Shown piece by piece: positions 12,401 to 32,129 of a DNA stretch of 64,000 bases. Source of the stretch: Basidiobolus meristosporus CBS 931.73. Taxonomy: Eukaryota > Fungi > Basidiobolomycota. The notes under the pieces were generated by a model that saw nothing but the letters and a program-made list of their open reading frames with translations, had not been told where the DNA came from and did no database searches. Location: positions 23,470 through 87,469 of the forward strand of contig MCFE01000359.1 in NCBI GenBank assembly GCA_002104905.1, given 5' to 3'. A program made the translations under genes and the position numbers. Position 1 is the first letter of the stretch. Each line of letters begins with the position of its first letter.

Positions 12401-14199
12401 AACCGCAAGTTTTCTTTCAGGATGTCTGCAACTCCATCGAGGATTTTGGACTGGCGGGGATTCGATTCGTGTACTTCTCTTCCTCCGCTGAGCGAGAAAG
12501 CAAAGGTTCGTGGTTCGCCGGCGGTGTAGTATGGTGCTCCATCTGACCTTCTTTGTAGCGTTCGCCGAGAGGCTAGGACTGGAAACGGACTGGAACTCTT
12601 GTATTCTGTTGTCCTCGCCTGATGACGACGAGGGGGCTGGCTCCGGTTACCTGGAAACCCATGATATCAAGGCTCGACTCCCGCGTGGCATCGAGAACAT
12701 CCGTCCCCACCTGGAAAACGTGGACGATATCCCGTTGCACGTGTCTCTTTTTGCAGAGTGCAACCCCGATGCCGTTCGGGAGATGATCAAGATTTTCCAG
12801 GAATACGGCGAAGTGGTCTGTTGTGTCGGCAGCGCACTGAACTCCAATCACACCGGGGCATTTGCCAGTGTAAGTTCCCTGTCTTCAGCTGGAATTGAAC
12901 ATCGGACTGACCGAACACCAACATCCGTGGTTGTAGGCTGATATCAGTGTTGCCATCGAGCCGATGCATACTCGTTTTCAATCCCGCTCGCGCTCCTCCG
13001 AATCCAGACAGGTCCAATCCCCCTTCTCCATTGGCGCCGCCCTCACTAGCCTTCCATGTGCTTTGTTTTTACAACACGACACAAGTCTGTATGCCCTGGC
13101 TCAGGTCATCAGAGAGGCACGGCATCTGCTGAATGGGATTCGCCAGGTTGGACTCTTCTTGTCTCAAGTGCTGCTCCACGCGTGTCTAACCCTTGTCACA
13201 GGGGCTTGCCTTCGCGGCCTCCGCCCATCTAGCCATATCCCTATCGTTGCTCTTGTCTTATTGCTTCCTACAGCCACTGCTGTTCACTGGCTACCAAATC
13301 CTCTGGGTTCTGTGGATCATCTGCCCGATACTTGCCATATCGCTGCTGTTTTCGCCCCATGAGGCGAACACCATGACGCTTATGACAGGTAAGCTTCCCC
13401 GTGGGTGGCCAACATCGCTAGCGCCAAGGCTAACCGGTTTTCTAGGGAAAAACATAGAGCACCTGAAAGATTACTGGCGATATTTCTTCTACGCCATATC
13501 CCGGTTCCTGCTGACCGTGATACTCACCGTGTTGGTGTATATTTTGTAAGTAGCGATGAAACCAAGCACCGCGGTACCACTCGAGACTGACCATTTATGC
13601 CATGCCGGATCAGGTCACTGTATTATTTCGGGAACCGCACGAAGTCCGTCTTCAACTTCACCGATCGCACTAGCTGGACTCGTCTAGGACACGCGCAGCA
13701 GTGGGAACTGCAATACGCACAGAACTGCGCGCTGTTTGTTTTCGTTTGGAACACAGGTAGGATTCACGATGCGGGACGCTCGAACCCTTGGCTGACATGA
13801 ACCATTGATGTATAGTATGGATCTCGTCCACCTTCGTGAACCGTACGTCCTCCTTGAGGAAGTTCCCGCCCTACAAAAACGTAGTCTGGTTGATCTCGGC
13901 GGTGGTTTGGTAAGGATTCGGCAGTAGGCGGTACCTTGCATGCATACTTACCTGTTGCCATTCCTGTCACGAATAGTGTGATCCTCCAGGTGGTGTTCTG
14001 CGCGTTGTCTCTCCTCCGTGGGCCCATCAAACTCTCGGTGCTACCTTGGTTTGTGTACTTGATTGGCCTAGCGTCCCCATTGGTGGTGGTCCCGATTCAG
14101 GAGATAGTCAAGATGCACGACCGCAAGCAATTCGTTCGTTTCCAGAAGCGATCCAAACTGGAGTTCAACACGAAATTGGGCCTCCACTCGCCGCTGTAG
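9414..14199 (+). CDS. TMEM94: TMEM94/KIAA0195-like P-type-ATPase-related membrane protein (multi-exon; start uncertain)
   Basis: Segments LLVKGDIVEMRYGDVAPC, YGNAKILSLFE, CIGFSYRP, LPRGIENIRPHLENVDDIPLHVSLF..C.P....EMIKIFQEYGEVVCCVGS and C-terminal FNTKLGLHSPL match TMEM94 as I recall it. Confidence 0.8.
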
Positions 14200-14596
14200 A
14201 GCCTACATATATACCACACCCCTCTTGTAGTATTCATAGATATCTCCGAACGCACCTACTCTACCTTCCTCTATTCTAATCTTAATCTCGGAGCATGGGA
14301 TGGGATGGGATGCGGTGTGATGTAATGTATGGAAGAACAAATTCTCATCTCTTCCAAGAATAGGTAAATAAAAGCAGCTTGGCCATGGCGGACTCTCGTA
14401 CCACCTTTCGCGATACATTTCGGGCGGGGACAGTGATCTTGGCTGATGAAGGATGTTTTTTATTTTATCAAGTTGACATGAACTCTAGTGCTATAGGGTA
14501 ATGTAGAAAAAATGCCGAGACTTCGCGAATTGATATGCGTAACTTCAGTTATGTTATGAGGATGGTTTACCCCGGGAATTGGGAGTGAGTGGGGAT

Positions 14597-16252
14597 TTAC
14601 AAAAGCAACTTCAAGGGGTTCTCGAGGTAGCCCTTGAAGGACTTCAACCATTGGGCACCGACGGCACCATCAACGACACGGTGGTCGCAGGAGAGGGTGA
14701 CGTTCATCACATTGCCAACGGCGAATCCGGATTCTTTGCCAGCATCAGGGATGACCTTCTTTTGGGTGGCACCGACGGCAAGGATGCAGGATTGGGGTGG
14801 GTTAATGATGGCGGTGAAGGAGTCGATACCGAACATGCCCAAGTTGGAGATGGTGAAGGAACCACCTTGGTATTCTTGGGGCTTCAACTCGTTGTTTCTG
14901 GCCTTGGTGGCCAACTCCTTGACGGTCTTGGAGATGGAGACCAATCCTCTGGTGTCGGCGCCTTGGACAATGGGGGTGATCAAACCGGATGGAGTGGCGG
15001 TGGCGATCGAGATATCGGCGCTCTTGAATTGTCTGATGAAGTCACCATACCAGGCGCTGTTGACCTCGGGAACATCCTTGAGGGCGGCAGCAGAAGCCTT
15101 GACAACGAAGTCGTTGACGGAGAGCTTGTATTGGTCGTTGGCTTGGCTGTTGAGGACTTCACGCAACTTGAGAACCTTGTCCATGTTAACCTCGCTAGAC
15201 AAGTAGTAGTGAGGGATGGTTTGCTTAGATTCGGACAATCTGCCAGCAATGACTCTCCTCATGTTGGAAACAGGGATATCGCTGTAGTTACCGGTGGCGA
15301 CAGCGGCATCGGCGGCTTGAGGAGCAGCGGCGGGAACGAATCCTTCGACGTCGGCCTTGAGGATTCTTCCGTTGGGTCCGCTGCCTTGAATTTGGGACAA
15401 TTCGATGGAGCCCTCCTTGGCCAACTTCTTGGCGATGGGGCTGGCGAAGATACGGTCGGTGGAGGGAGCAGAGGCAGCAGGGGCAGAGCTGGTGGGGGCA
15501 GCGGCGGCGGGCTTCTCCTGGGCCTTGGGCTCCTCAGGCTTGGACTCGGCGGCAGCGGCGGGGGCAGAGGAATCCTCAAGAACATAGTCCTTGAACTTCT
15601 CGACATCCTCCTTGTTCTCGACCATGATGGCAATGGGGGTGTTGATGGAGACATCCTTAGCACCACTCTCGATGAAGATCTTGGCAAGATAACCCTCATC
15701 TTGGCACTCGAAGTCCATTTGAGCCTTATCAGTCTCAATCTCCACCAAAACGTCACCGGGAACGATTTCGTCCCCGATTTGCTTGCGCCAGGTACCGATG
15801 TTACCAGCAGTCATGGTAGGAGAAAGAGCGGGCATGTTGATCTTGGTGTGGGGAGGGAAAGCTAGAAAATAGTACGGGGCTCAGTATGGTCGTGCGAATA
15901 CTAAGCAACCCTTGGGCATTCTTACCATCGGAGCTGTAGGCACGGGCCAAGACCGAACGAACAGAGGTAGGAACAGCAGAACGCAAAATGTGGGTGGTTT
16001 GACTACAGTGAAGGTCAGAAAGAGACAACTGTTACTACGAGTCACTTGGAGCTTGGGGGCTTGGTCGGTTGTGTACGGGAAAAGAATGGAGGAACGCTGG
16101 TCAAGAAAAACCACTTACGTCACAGTAGACAAATATCTAGCAGACTTGAGAACAGTCTTGGTAGCGTGAATAGCGGGAACAACACGAGCGACGTTCAAAC
16201 CGCTTCTGGGGCAAGCTCTCAATAATACAGGGACTCTTCTAATAGCAGACAT
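14597..16252 (-). CDS. LAT1: Pyruvate dehydrogenase E2, dihydrolipoamide acetyltransferase
   Basis: Lipoyl domain MPALSPTM...IETDKAQMDFE, E3-binding FASPIAKKLA...GSGPNGRI and catalytic DHRVVDGA. Mitochondrial presequence exon starts at ATG 16252. Confidence 0.95.
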
Positions 16253-17468
16253 ATTGTGGGGAAGGTACGAAATAAAGAAATTCAGGACAATGACACCGCT
16301 AAGTTCGCAGCGAAACGTAATTTTTTTTGCGGATATTTATAAGATCGGGTGGTCAGATATGCTGGATTAATCTTTCCTACTGGATTTTAGCAAATCAGCG
16401 CCCCACTTTTGGGACCAATTTGTTCATGGAAAATACCGGGGTACAAACTACCGTCACCCAACTTAGCAATGTGGCTCAAAAGTCCCTCTGCCCAGCAATG
16501 CCTGTAGTCTAACCTCGCTCGTTTCGGGGCTCGGTTAATCCTCGCTGAAGATCAAGATGCGATGCTGATGTTGATGCTGATGGCGATAGTGATTGATCAA
16601 CTGATGGTCAGAAGCAGAAGCATCACCCGCCATGTGTGACGATTGAAGATTATCGCACTCTCCTGGCCTCAACATCCTCACTTCTACTCCTTTGGTGAAT
16701 GGAACAAGCCTCCTGGTGGGCGAGGATCGGAAGAGATCAGAACCCTCATGCTTCCTTCTTTGGCCCCCAGTATGTGCACAATGTATATAACACTTTCACG
16801 TCGGAGATCATGATTTGCCACGATTGCCTCTTATGATTGGCCCAATCAAATGGCCTTGTCGCGGTAATTACCAGTGTGATGTGGCGTACCCCCTTCCTAC
16901 TGGCTCCGCATGCACAAGATAATCAAGAATGAAGCGTACCACAACTGATAGCTTGCGCGGATAGCTTGCACACATACAAAGCGATCGATTGGATTTGAAG
17001 GGCCAGCCTACTGAGCAGCCTTATTACCAGATAATCAAGGTTGCGAAACTAATGCTCCCCTAGCAGACGTAAACTGATAAGCACTTGGGGCACTCATTTC
17101 AAATCCTAATCACATTTGGATTCCCGATGAGTTTTTCTTCAAGCCATCCAGTTGCCTTATATGTGGATGGTTTCGGTGACACAACGAGACATTGGTTTAC
17201 TGAGGTGTACAGCGATAGATTAGACGAGTGAATTCGCCACACAAACGTGTTTGTGTATCACCCGCCCCTATGTGAAAACCACGGTTAAGCCCCGTCCATT
17301 GCCAGTCACCTCAGTGTGGCATAACGGCAAATCGCAGCAAAATTAACATTTTATTAGAATCGTATTCGTAATAATGATCGCTATTACGGAGGGTGATGAT
17401 TTTCGAGTTTATACACAGAAATGCCTTTTGGATAGAGATCGGATATATATATATACAAGGCAGCACGT

Positions 17469-19006
17469 TTAACGGATGGTCATTCCTGAATAACCAAAGG
17501 ATTCCGAGGGCTTCTCCTTGCGAGCGGACTTCGTCCCCTTGCCTGAGCTCTCGAAAATCTTCCAGAACTTGAGGTTCTCATCACTGGCCACACTGGCTAC
17601 AGTTTGACCATCGGGGCTAAGTGCGGTGTGCAATACGCGAGTCTCGTGGGCTGGAATATCAATCACCTTGGAAAGTGAGGGATAGTTCCATATGGAGATG
17701 TGATTGTCTGGGAATCCATGCGAGGACATGATTTCTTTGTATTCGGGGGACCAGATCAATGAAGTAACCTGGGATCCAGTATCAATGGAGTTCAATCGAG
17801 CAGCAGTCGTGGTGTTCCAGAAGTGGATGTTACGATCGTTGGAGCCTCCTCCGGTGGCGAGCAGATTGGGCTGCCAGGGGCACCAGGCGAGCGCTTTCAC
17901 CGCTGCAGTGTGATTGTTCTTGGTGAACTTCGGCACGCTTGATCGCGCATCCCAGATGTTCACCAAATTGTCGTTACCGCCGCTAGCAAGCTGTGTACCA
18001 TCCGATCTCCACTTGAGACCACACACCTCGGAGGTGTGAGCAAGTAACTCGGCGACCTTGTGGTTGGCAATTCTCACATCATGATTCCAGATGCTTCCGT
18101 CGCGACAGCCCGAGGACAAAATGTGCTTGTCCCAGGAGAGTACACCAACTCTCGCAAGGTGGCCGGGCATCGACCGGATCTTGGTGCTGGATTCGATATC
18201 CCAGATTTGAGTGTCACCCTCGTCAGTTCCAACCGCGAGGTAAGCACCGTCATTAGACCATGACAGAGAGGTGATCAAGTCTGAGGATTCAGTTTCACAC
18301 AAACAGTTCACATCACCAGTGTCAGCATTCCACAAATAAATATTCTTGTCCAGACCAATGGCTACAATATTGGCGCACGACCAGTCCAACAGATTCAGGT
18401 AGTAATCATCGACCAGCCCTGGGGCATCTAGGACTCGCTCAGGGGAGTTCAAGATCTTCCGCTTGGTTAGTTGTGTGATGGCCGTCTTCAATGGACGGTT
18501 GTATATTTTGCGCAAGTCCTCCTTGTCATTGGTCGGTGGGGCCCCTTTGAAAGCTAGGATCCGCTTATCAAGGGCAATACCGCATGCTTTGGCCACCTGC
18601 TCTTGGTATGCCAGAGCCGCGCTATCGAGCATCTGCTCTTTGGTCATATCTTTGTGTGCGATATGGAATTGCGAGTTCGACAGGTCCATGGCCTCTCGGT
18701 TTGGAATAAACCTGTCATACTAAAGGAACGTCAGCTATTGCTCCATGCCATCAATATGAAGGGTGACTTACGTGTGCTTGGATTTTCTTGCCCTTCTTGG
18801 GGGTTGTTCCGGTAGCAAGCCAATCTTTGGCAACTACCTCGAAGGAGGATGTACGATAAAGAGACTTGGGGGTCTTTCCTCTGGGGGAACGAGACTTTGG
18901 CGAGCGTGTCTTCTTTCTGCCAGAGTTTAGATAGTTAATGAGAGGCTGTGCCTGCTTGGGAGTCAATGGACTGAAGGGGGCGGTCTTGACGGGTGTCCCA
19001 GGCATA
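17469..19006 (-). CDS. CDC20: APC/C activator Cdc20/fizzy WD40 protein
   Basis: C-box DRFIP, LDAPGLVDDYYLNLLDW, seven WD40 repeats and C-terminal IR tail (MTIR). Confidence 0.93.
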
Positions 19007-19412
19007 TTACAATGTGAGGCGAGCTGAAGGAAAATGATACGTTGGCCATTGGAATGATACACCGCACTTAAGTGTTTTTAGTTGCCCCTGCTACACTCCC
19101 ATGTCGAATCTTCCGCCAATCATAAGCGGGCTACGGTTGCATTTGTAAACATCCCAAAACAAAAACGGTTGGCTTCACTGCATTTCGATTAAATTTATCG
19201 CGTCACGCTCGAATATAAACAACACATATATCGCGCGATCAGCTTTCAACGGATTTTTTTCACCTATCATTGTGACTACGAGATATTCATTCCATCAGAC
19301 TTCATCACCACCATTGATGGGCACAATTACTGGGGGTAGGTGATGTGATCCAGGTAAAATGGCTATTAAGACCGAGCAACAATAACTATTAACTTTCTAG
19401 CCCGCAACCACC

Positions 19413-19769
19413 ATGTCACTAGCAAAGGCTTTTACTTATTATCACAACCCAGCCTGCAGTAAATCTTGCGCTGGTCTCAAACTCCTCCAACAACGGATAA
19501 ATAACTTTGATGAGCAGGTTGACTTGGTGGAGTATCTGAATTCACCTCCTTCCGCCGCAACTGTTCGGAAACTTGCCGAGGGACTTGGGCTTCAAGAGGA
19601 TTATTCTTCCATCATCCGGGAAGAGGTGGCAGACAAACAAAACATTGACCATATCGTTAGCATGATTGTTGAACAGCCAAAACTCTTGCAAAGGCCTATT
19701 TTGGTAAACAATCTGACTGGTAAAGCGGCCATCGGAAGGCCACTCGAAAATTTCGAGGGGCTTTTCTAA
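19413..19769 (+). CDS. ArsC-family (glutaredoxin-dependent arsenate reductase-like) protein
   Basis: YHNPACSKS, IIR, PKLLQRPI and IGRP correspond to the Cys12/Arg60/Arg94/Arg107 motifs of bacterial ArsC. Intronless, 118 aa. Confidence 0.8.
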   Translation: MSLAKAFTYYHNPACSKSCAGLKLLQQRINNFDEQVDLVEYLNSPPSAATVRKLAEGLGLQEDYSSIIREEVADKQNIDHIVSMIVEQPKLLQRPILVNNLTGKAAIGRPLENFEGLF

Positions 19770-20031
19770 GAAAACTCTCTGCTTTTATACCCTTGTAAAG
19801 TGCCTTGAATAAACCTTGCCCAGCAGCGCGGTGGTTTAACTGGTATTGGTTTACTATTTTTGCTAGCACCTACTCATTTGGTCGGTTCCCTCGCAACGTA
19901 TCATACAATCAATTAGACAAACAGAGGAATAATGTATATGCACAAAAAATCCAAAACAGGACGGGGTCGATACTGCGGTGGTACAGAAGATATCAGATAG
20001 CACTCAGGGTGGGCTGGTTTCTTTTGTCTTT

Positions 20032-22252
20032 TCAACCTGCTCTGGGGGTCTCCCTATTGTTACGTAGCTCGTTCTCAAATTCAAGATCATCCTTCGTGAT
20101 CTTCGACATCCGCTTAGAGAGGAGAGCAACCCCACTGAAGATAACCAGTACTCCTAGGAAGAACATGCCGTATTGGAATGCGGAGAAGTCTTTGAACTCG
20201 TTGTAATAAATGCCTAAATTCAATAGAGATGGGGTTACTGCAAATCCAACAATCACTTCTTTGTTCATTCACTTGCCTCCGCCAATAATATCGAAAACGG
20301 ACCAGATAACATAGAAGACTGGAACTTGCAACATGGCATCGTATCTCTTCAATCCCATGTTGATCCAGTAGACCTGGGAGAATGCTGTAATGATAGTAAC
20401 AATCAAAATCACCCAAGCAAGTGCACTGGTAAATTGGTTTTCCTTCTGAATAATGGACACCGATAGCAAATTAATCAGCGATTTAGCAAACAATGTGGTC
20501 ATGGTGGCCATCATTGCTCCAATCGCTGCATATGATAAAGGCAATACATATCGGACTAATGGTGATGTTCGTGGAATCGTTCTTGGTAATGTCGGGATCC
20601 ATACTATCTTCTTATATAGCCGTTTCACAAAGTCCCATTTGGTTACCGATTGTGTGGGAGTCACGGATTCTTTCGGGGCTGAATCGCAGTTACTATCAGG
20701 TTCATCAAGTGACTCCATACTGGACTCTCGTTTTTCCTTGTCGCTCTCCTTCAGAGTGTTGTGTGTGTTTTGGATTTCAACATTAGTGAGTGTCTCCGAG
20801 GATGTCAGCGTGCTGTCTCGGTTGTCTGTTGGGTTGCGGGGTACTTCCAGTGTCGCTGGAGAGTGGGTAGGGTTAACCGCCATGGGAATATCGGAGGTTT
20901 CCGGGGCCATGTTCTTCTCCATAATTTTAATATAAAAGAAAGCCCAGACAATGAAGCCAAATATCACGACTAGATATACGATTGTTGCAGTTTGCCTGAA
21001 CAAATTCAAGAGCACGCAAAGTCGATAATCTAGAGGTAGGCAGCCAGTCAGCCATGTGAATCGTTGAGAATGAAAGTCACATCGCTACGAACCTTGAACT
21101 ACTACGCCAGAGAAAACTACAACCAGAACACATCCACCAATGATCACCATTACACCCAAGATATCAAACTTTCCAAGCGATTCTTTGTTCATCAAGGGTG
21201 CGATTACCACATTGGTCACTAAGGAGATGGCTCCTAGAGGTGCTACTAGTGATTGTGGCGCAAATTGTAATGCGACGAAGTTGAGCAGACTGGCTGCTAC
21301 ATAGATAGCAAATCCAACCACCCAGACCTATCAATTGGAATTGCTCACCTTAACAAATGGGTTCAGACGCTGTCGTTACGGTTACATACCAGGTTAGATT
21401 TTGTTAGTGAATGTGATGCTTTGCTCAGTAGCGAGTGATGCTGATTCGTATGATCCGCGCTGGTATCGTGCTGTGTAACTTCGCTGTGCTGTTCTGCGAT
21501 TTTCTTCTTTTCCTGGTTCTTTCTTAAAGCAAACTTTTGTAGGTTCAGGCCTATGTTTAATGTTGTGCCGCCCAGGAGCACAAGCACTACACCAACCCAT
21601 ATGGAATTCTTTTCATTGACATCGTGGCATATCCCCGACTCCGAAACTCCCCTCTGCTGAGTGAAACCAGGCTTATCAATATGGCACCAAGAGCCGGAAC
21701 TACAAGAGTTCACCTCTCCGGATAACAAGGTGCATTTTTGGTTCATTGAAACTCCCCCACAGCAGGAGCCACTATTCAGGTTGTTTGGAGAATATGGCAA
21801 AGTCCAGGCACCATCACACGTCGACTGAATGGTACAGTAATTTGGGGAACATAAATTTGCTGGTGGAGTCACGTTACTGCGAAGATAGCTTTGATATGAG
21901 GCGCATTCCTCAGGAACACGGCATAATTCACCTTGTTGAGTTGGTTAATTAGTAACGGTTAAAATGCCAACAGTAGTGAGTATTTCTTCTTTTCTTAATT
22001 ACCGACTGACACGACATATTGGCATTTGTTTTGTACGCATATGTAATCTCCAATACGAGAAGATTTGAACTGTGTTGCGTCCGAAGGACTACTCAAACCA
22101 AGACTTGGTTCAACGCAATCCTTATCAACAGTACATGTGGAGGGTGGTTGAAAGGCAGCCGCAAGCCCACAGTATATGCTCAAGGCCGTAAATATACTCG
22201 TAACCTGGGAATTGAGGAAGGGTATCCGCATTCTTTCTGGGCTTGTTGCCAA
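20032..22252 (-). CDS. NIPA-family Mg2+ transporter with N-terminal cysteine-rich ectodomain (multi-exon)
   Basis: GLNLQKFA, WVVGFAIY..ASLLNFVALQFAPQSLVAPLGAISLV, TTLFAKS and QVYWINMGLKRYDA...VPVFYV motifs. Signal-peptide-like first exon splices into Cys-rich exon 21363-21950. Confidence 0.8.
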
Positions 22253-23035
22253 AAGAGTGATAACAATATACTTGGTTGCCTCTGGAGATTATTTCCAGAG
22301 AATGAGGTGTGCGCAGGAAAGTAAAGCGAGCTTTAGGGAGCAAATGTGGTCTTGGCGATAGATTAGTATCTAAATATAGCCGGCATTTAAAATGACAGTC
22401 AACAGCAGCATCAAAAACAACACCGATTTTAATATATAATGGATTAAGCCACAAATTCATCAAATTGAGCAAACAATCACCATTCCAAATCAAGGAGGAT
22501 ATAATTTCTTGGCTTCATATAATCGGTAGACGTTCCTTCAACAATGAACTATGTGTATGTTTCAAACAATGTATGCAGCGATCAAGAGCGTACACCAAGA
22601 GGGTTGAAGCCGCAGCACCCGCATCATTAAAATATATGCATCATTGAACTGTATTGACTTCAAGACAGGATTTCAATATGCTTTATGTAACGAGGACCTT
22701 ATTGGCCAATATAAAGACCGGTATTGATAGATGCGTATATTACATTTTATTTGGGTCGTAGAATGGTACTGTACAAATATAGAGGTGAGTTAAAGCTGGA
22801 AATCGCCACAGCAATAGAATAAACAACACTGTTGATGACGGTGCTACTATATGGAAGAATGGCCGAATCCCGATCATCCAACTCCTTTGCACCCCCTAAA
22901 CCTTAATATATAGCACTTGTTCATTGGGAAAAGGGTAGATTGCAGCGTGGTGATGGTGGTAATGCTAGCAGATGTGCTCGCAGCGTCAACATGTGGATAT
23001 GGCCTTCAAAATAGTGAATGGTTGGATCAGGTAAC

Positions 23036-23779
23036 CTAGCGACAGGGTGATTCGTCCGGATTTTGTGACTTCCTTTCTTCTTCGGCAGTAGGGAGAAACG
23101 CCCAGAGTAGTGGTTGGGAATCTTGAAGAGTTTGCATAAGCATCAGTTTCCGCCAATGGGCTATGCTATCTTACCTTTGGGATTGATCCTTTCTGATGCT
23201 GCCACTGCGCTGGAGTAGAACATCCAGTAGTGGCCATTGTTACAATCAGCTAGGCACGAGAAACACGCAGTAGTGACATTGTATCCGAGAACATTTCCGC
23301 TGTAAATTCCACGTCAGGAAGTCAGTCTACGCTGGAGTTGTCATATCTGAATTGTATTTACCAGCCCAAGCAAGCGACATCTCGTATCTTACAATGGCAG
23401 TTATTCGTTGTGTACTCTGGACCAATGCGCTGCACCCTAAGGTAATTACCAGCCATAGGTGAGTGGGAAAACCAAAGTAAAGGCCAGCTTACTCGTGGAA
23501 CAATACATACCCTGACGGGACAGAATCAGTGGAGAACAGTTCAACTCTTGTGTCTGCTAGTAGTATGGCATTCATTCCTCGCTGGCAAACGGTTGTATGG
23601 CATGAGCGGCAGGACAAAATGCACACGGTTTTGCTTCGGAATTGGGGATGAACATTTTGACTGCCCATAAGAGAACTATTGTTGCCTGTATTTCCCAGAT
23701 GAATGCCCCGTGAATTCAGATATTCCCCTTGACTCGAAATGCGGTGGCTTCTTCGAGGAGAATGATGCAATGGGGCCAT
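23036..23779 (-). CDS. FAM72-family zinc-binding protein (multi-exon)
   Basis: VCILSCRSCHTTVCQRGMNAILLADTRVELFSTD / NCHCKIRDVACL / [28 protein letters not shown]. Confidence 0.8.
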
Positions 23780-24658
23780 TTGAAAGCTACTTTGAGAAGC
23801 AGACTTCTCGAAATTTCCGGAAGGTTGGAGATAGTGAGTCCACTGGTTGGAAAGAAGAAATATGGCCTGGGAGGAGTTCCGGTCGTTCCGTTGAGTCAGC
23901 CTTATTAAACGCGATTTGTGGTAAAGCAAAAATAGCCCGGTCCTAATGGAGTCGCAGGAATTCCGGTTGATAAAGCAAGAGGGGAATCCACAAGATTATC
24001 GGTGAGATTTGGGCAAGAGGACACTAGAAGTGCGTTAGAGTAGAAGCAGAATTTGTGGGCTACCTTCAGTGACTACTGTTTTGTGGGGGCCCCCTATTTT
24101 TCGATTGCAATTTATTCAATCGAATTCACCATCCATCAATCCATGGTTGAAGAATATTTCGCCAGCTGTAGAGCCAACCATAATATATATGTTGGCTAAC
24201 AATCATTTATATTTAATTACTAAAAGGAGTTTTTCATAATTATGGGGCAAATTGCATTGGCAAGCATGTATTAACTATTTTCGAGATACTTCCAAGGCGT
24301 AAGCTAGACGAGGCTAGCATCGACTATTGGTTCATTTCTAGCTGCTGATTCAGTGATGTACATTGATATTTTACCATTCGGTCTTTTCCGCGCTCGATTT
24401 TTTGTCACCATTACTCTTGGCACCTAATAAGGTTCAGCTGGTAGGGTAATGAATGGCTTTGGTATCCATGATGTAACCGCTGTCAAAGTTTCATGCACTT
24501 GTTGAATATTGTTGGTGGACATTTGGCGGTTTTTATTGATTAAAAGGCTCACAACTACTTGCTGCTCATGTGACCGTCTGATGTATCGATCCGTAAGGGC
24601 AATGGTGTTCCAAAACTGCTATAGGTTTCGTGTGATGGCGTTTTGTGTATTGTGCTTG

Positions 24659-31470
<6,812 letters not shown>

Positions 31471-32129
31471 ACTTGCCTTTCTCGAAAGTATGGTCAACCA
31501 CGTCAATATCGATGCGGGCCAAAATTCCTTGGGATTATGATTTAATTGGAATTAAGCTAAACCGAATAGATTAAGATGTTGAAAGGGAATCGAGTCACAG
31601 CAATTGTTGACTGATTTCTGAACCAACGGCACGTGTTTTATGTACAAATCATCGAATGTGTAGCACCTTTGATCAACACAGCTTTTTATATGCGGACACC
31701 AGTTCGGTGATTGCATAGACTTGAGAGACAATGTCGCACCAACCTGCCCATCGCTGCATATGTATTATTGAGTGGTAAACGCAATCAAGTTAGTACAAAG
31801 CCATGCTACTGGAGTTGGCAGTGGTTAAGGTTTCGGGGTTCGTCTATATTTTATATTGTACTTGGCACCCCTTACAGGTGCAATTTTGAAGGTACAGTCC
31901 CACTACAGGGATGGATACTAGAAGATATATCAGCATCAGACAGGATGTATCCACTTTTCATTAACTTGTTGATCCTCAGCTACTAGTCTGTCTCTGACAA
32001 CTCTAAAGAATATTTAGTACTTTAACCTTTCATTTGATAATTTTGTTAACTCTTTGGACTCTCTTGTTCTGCACCTACACTATCTCTTTGAAAATAAGCC
32101 GGTCATTTCTGTCTTGACATATAACCCCA

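Noticed and set aside
14579-15865. 428-aa ORF antisense to LAT1
   Set aside because: Shadow ORF caused by the strong codon bias of a highly expressed gene. No motif of its own.
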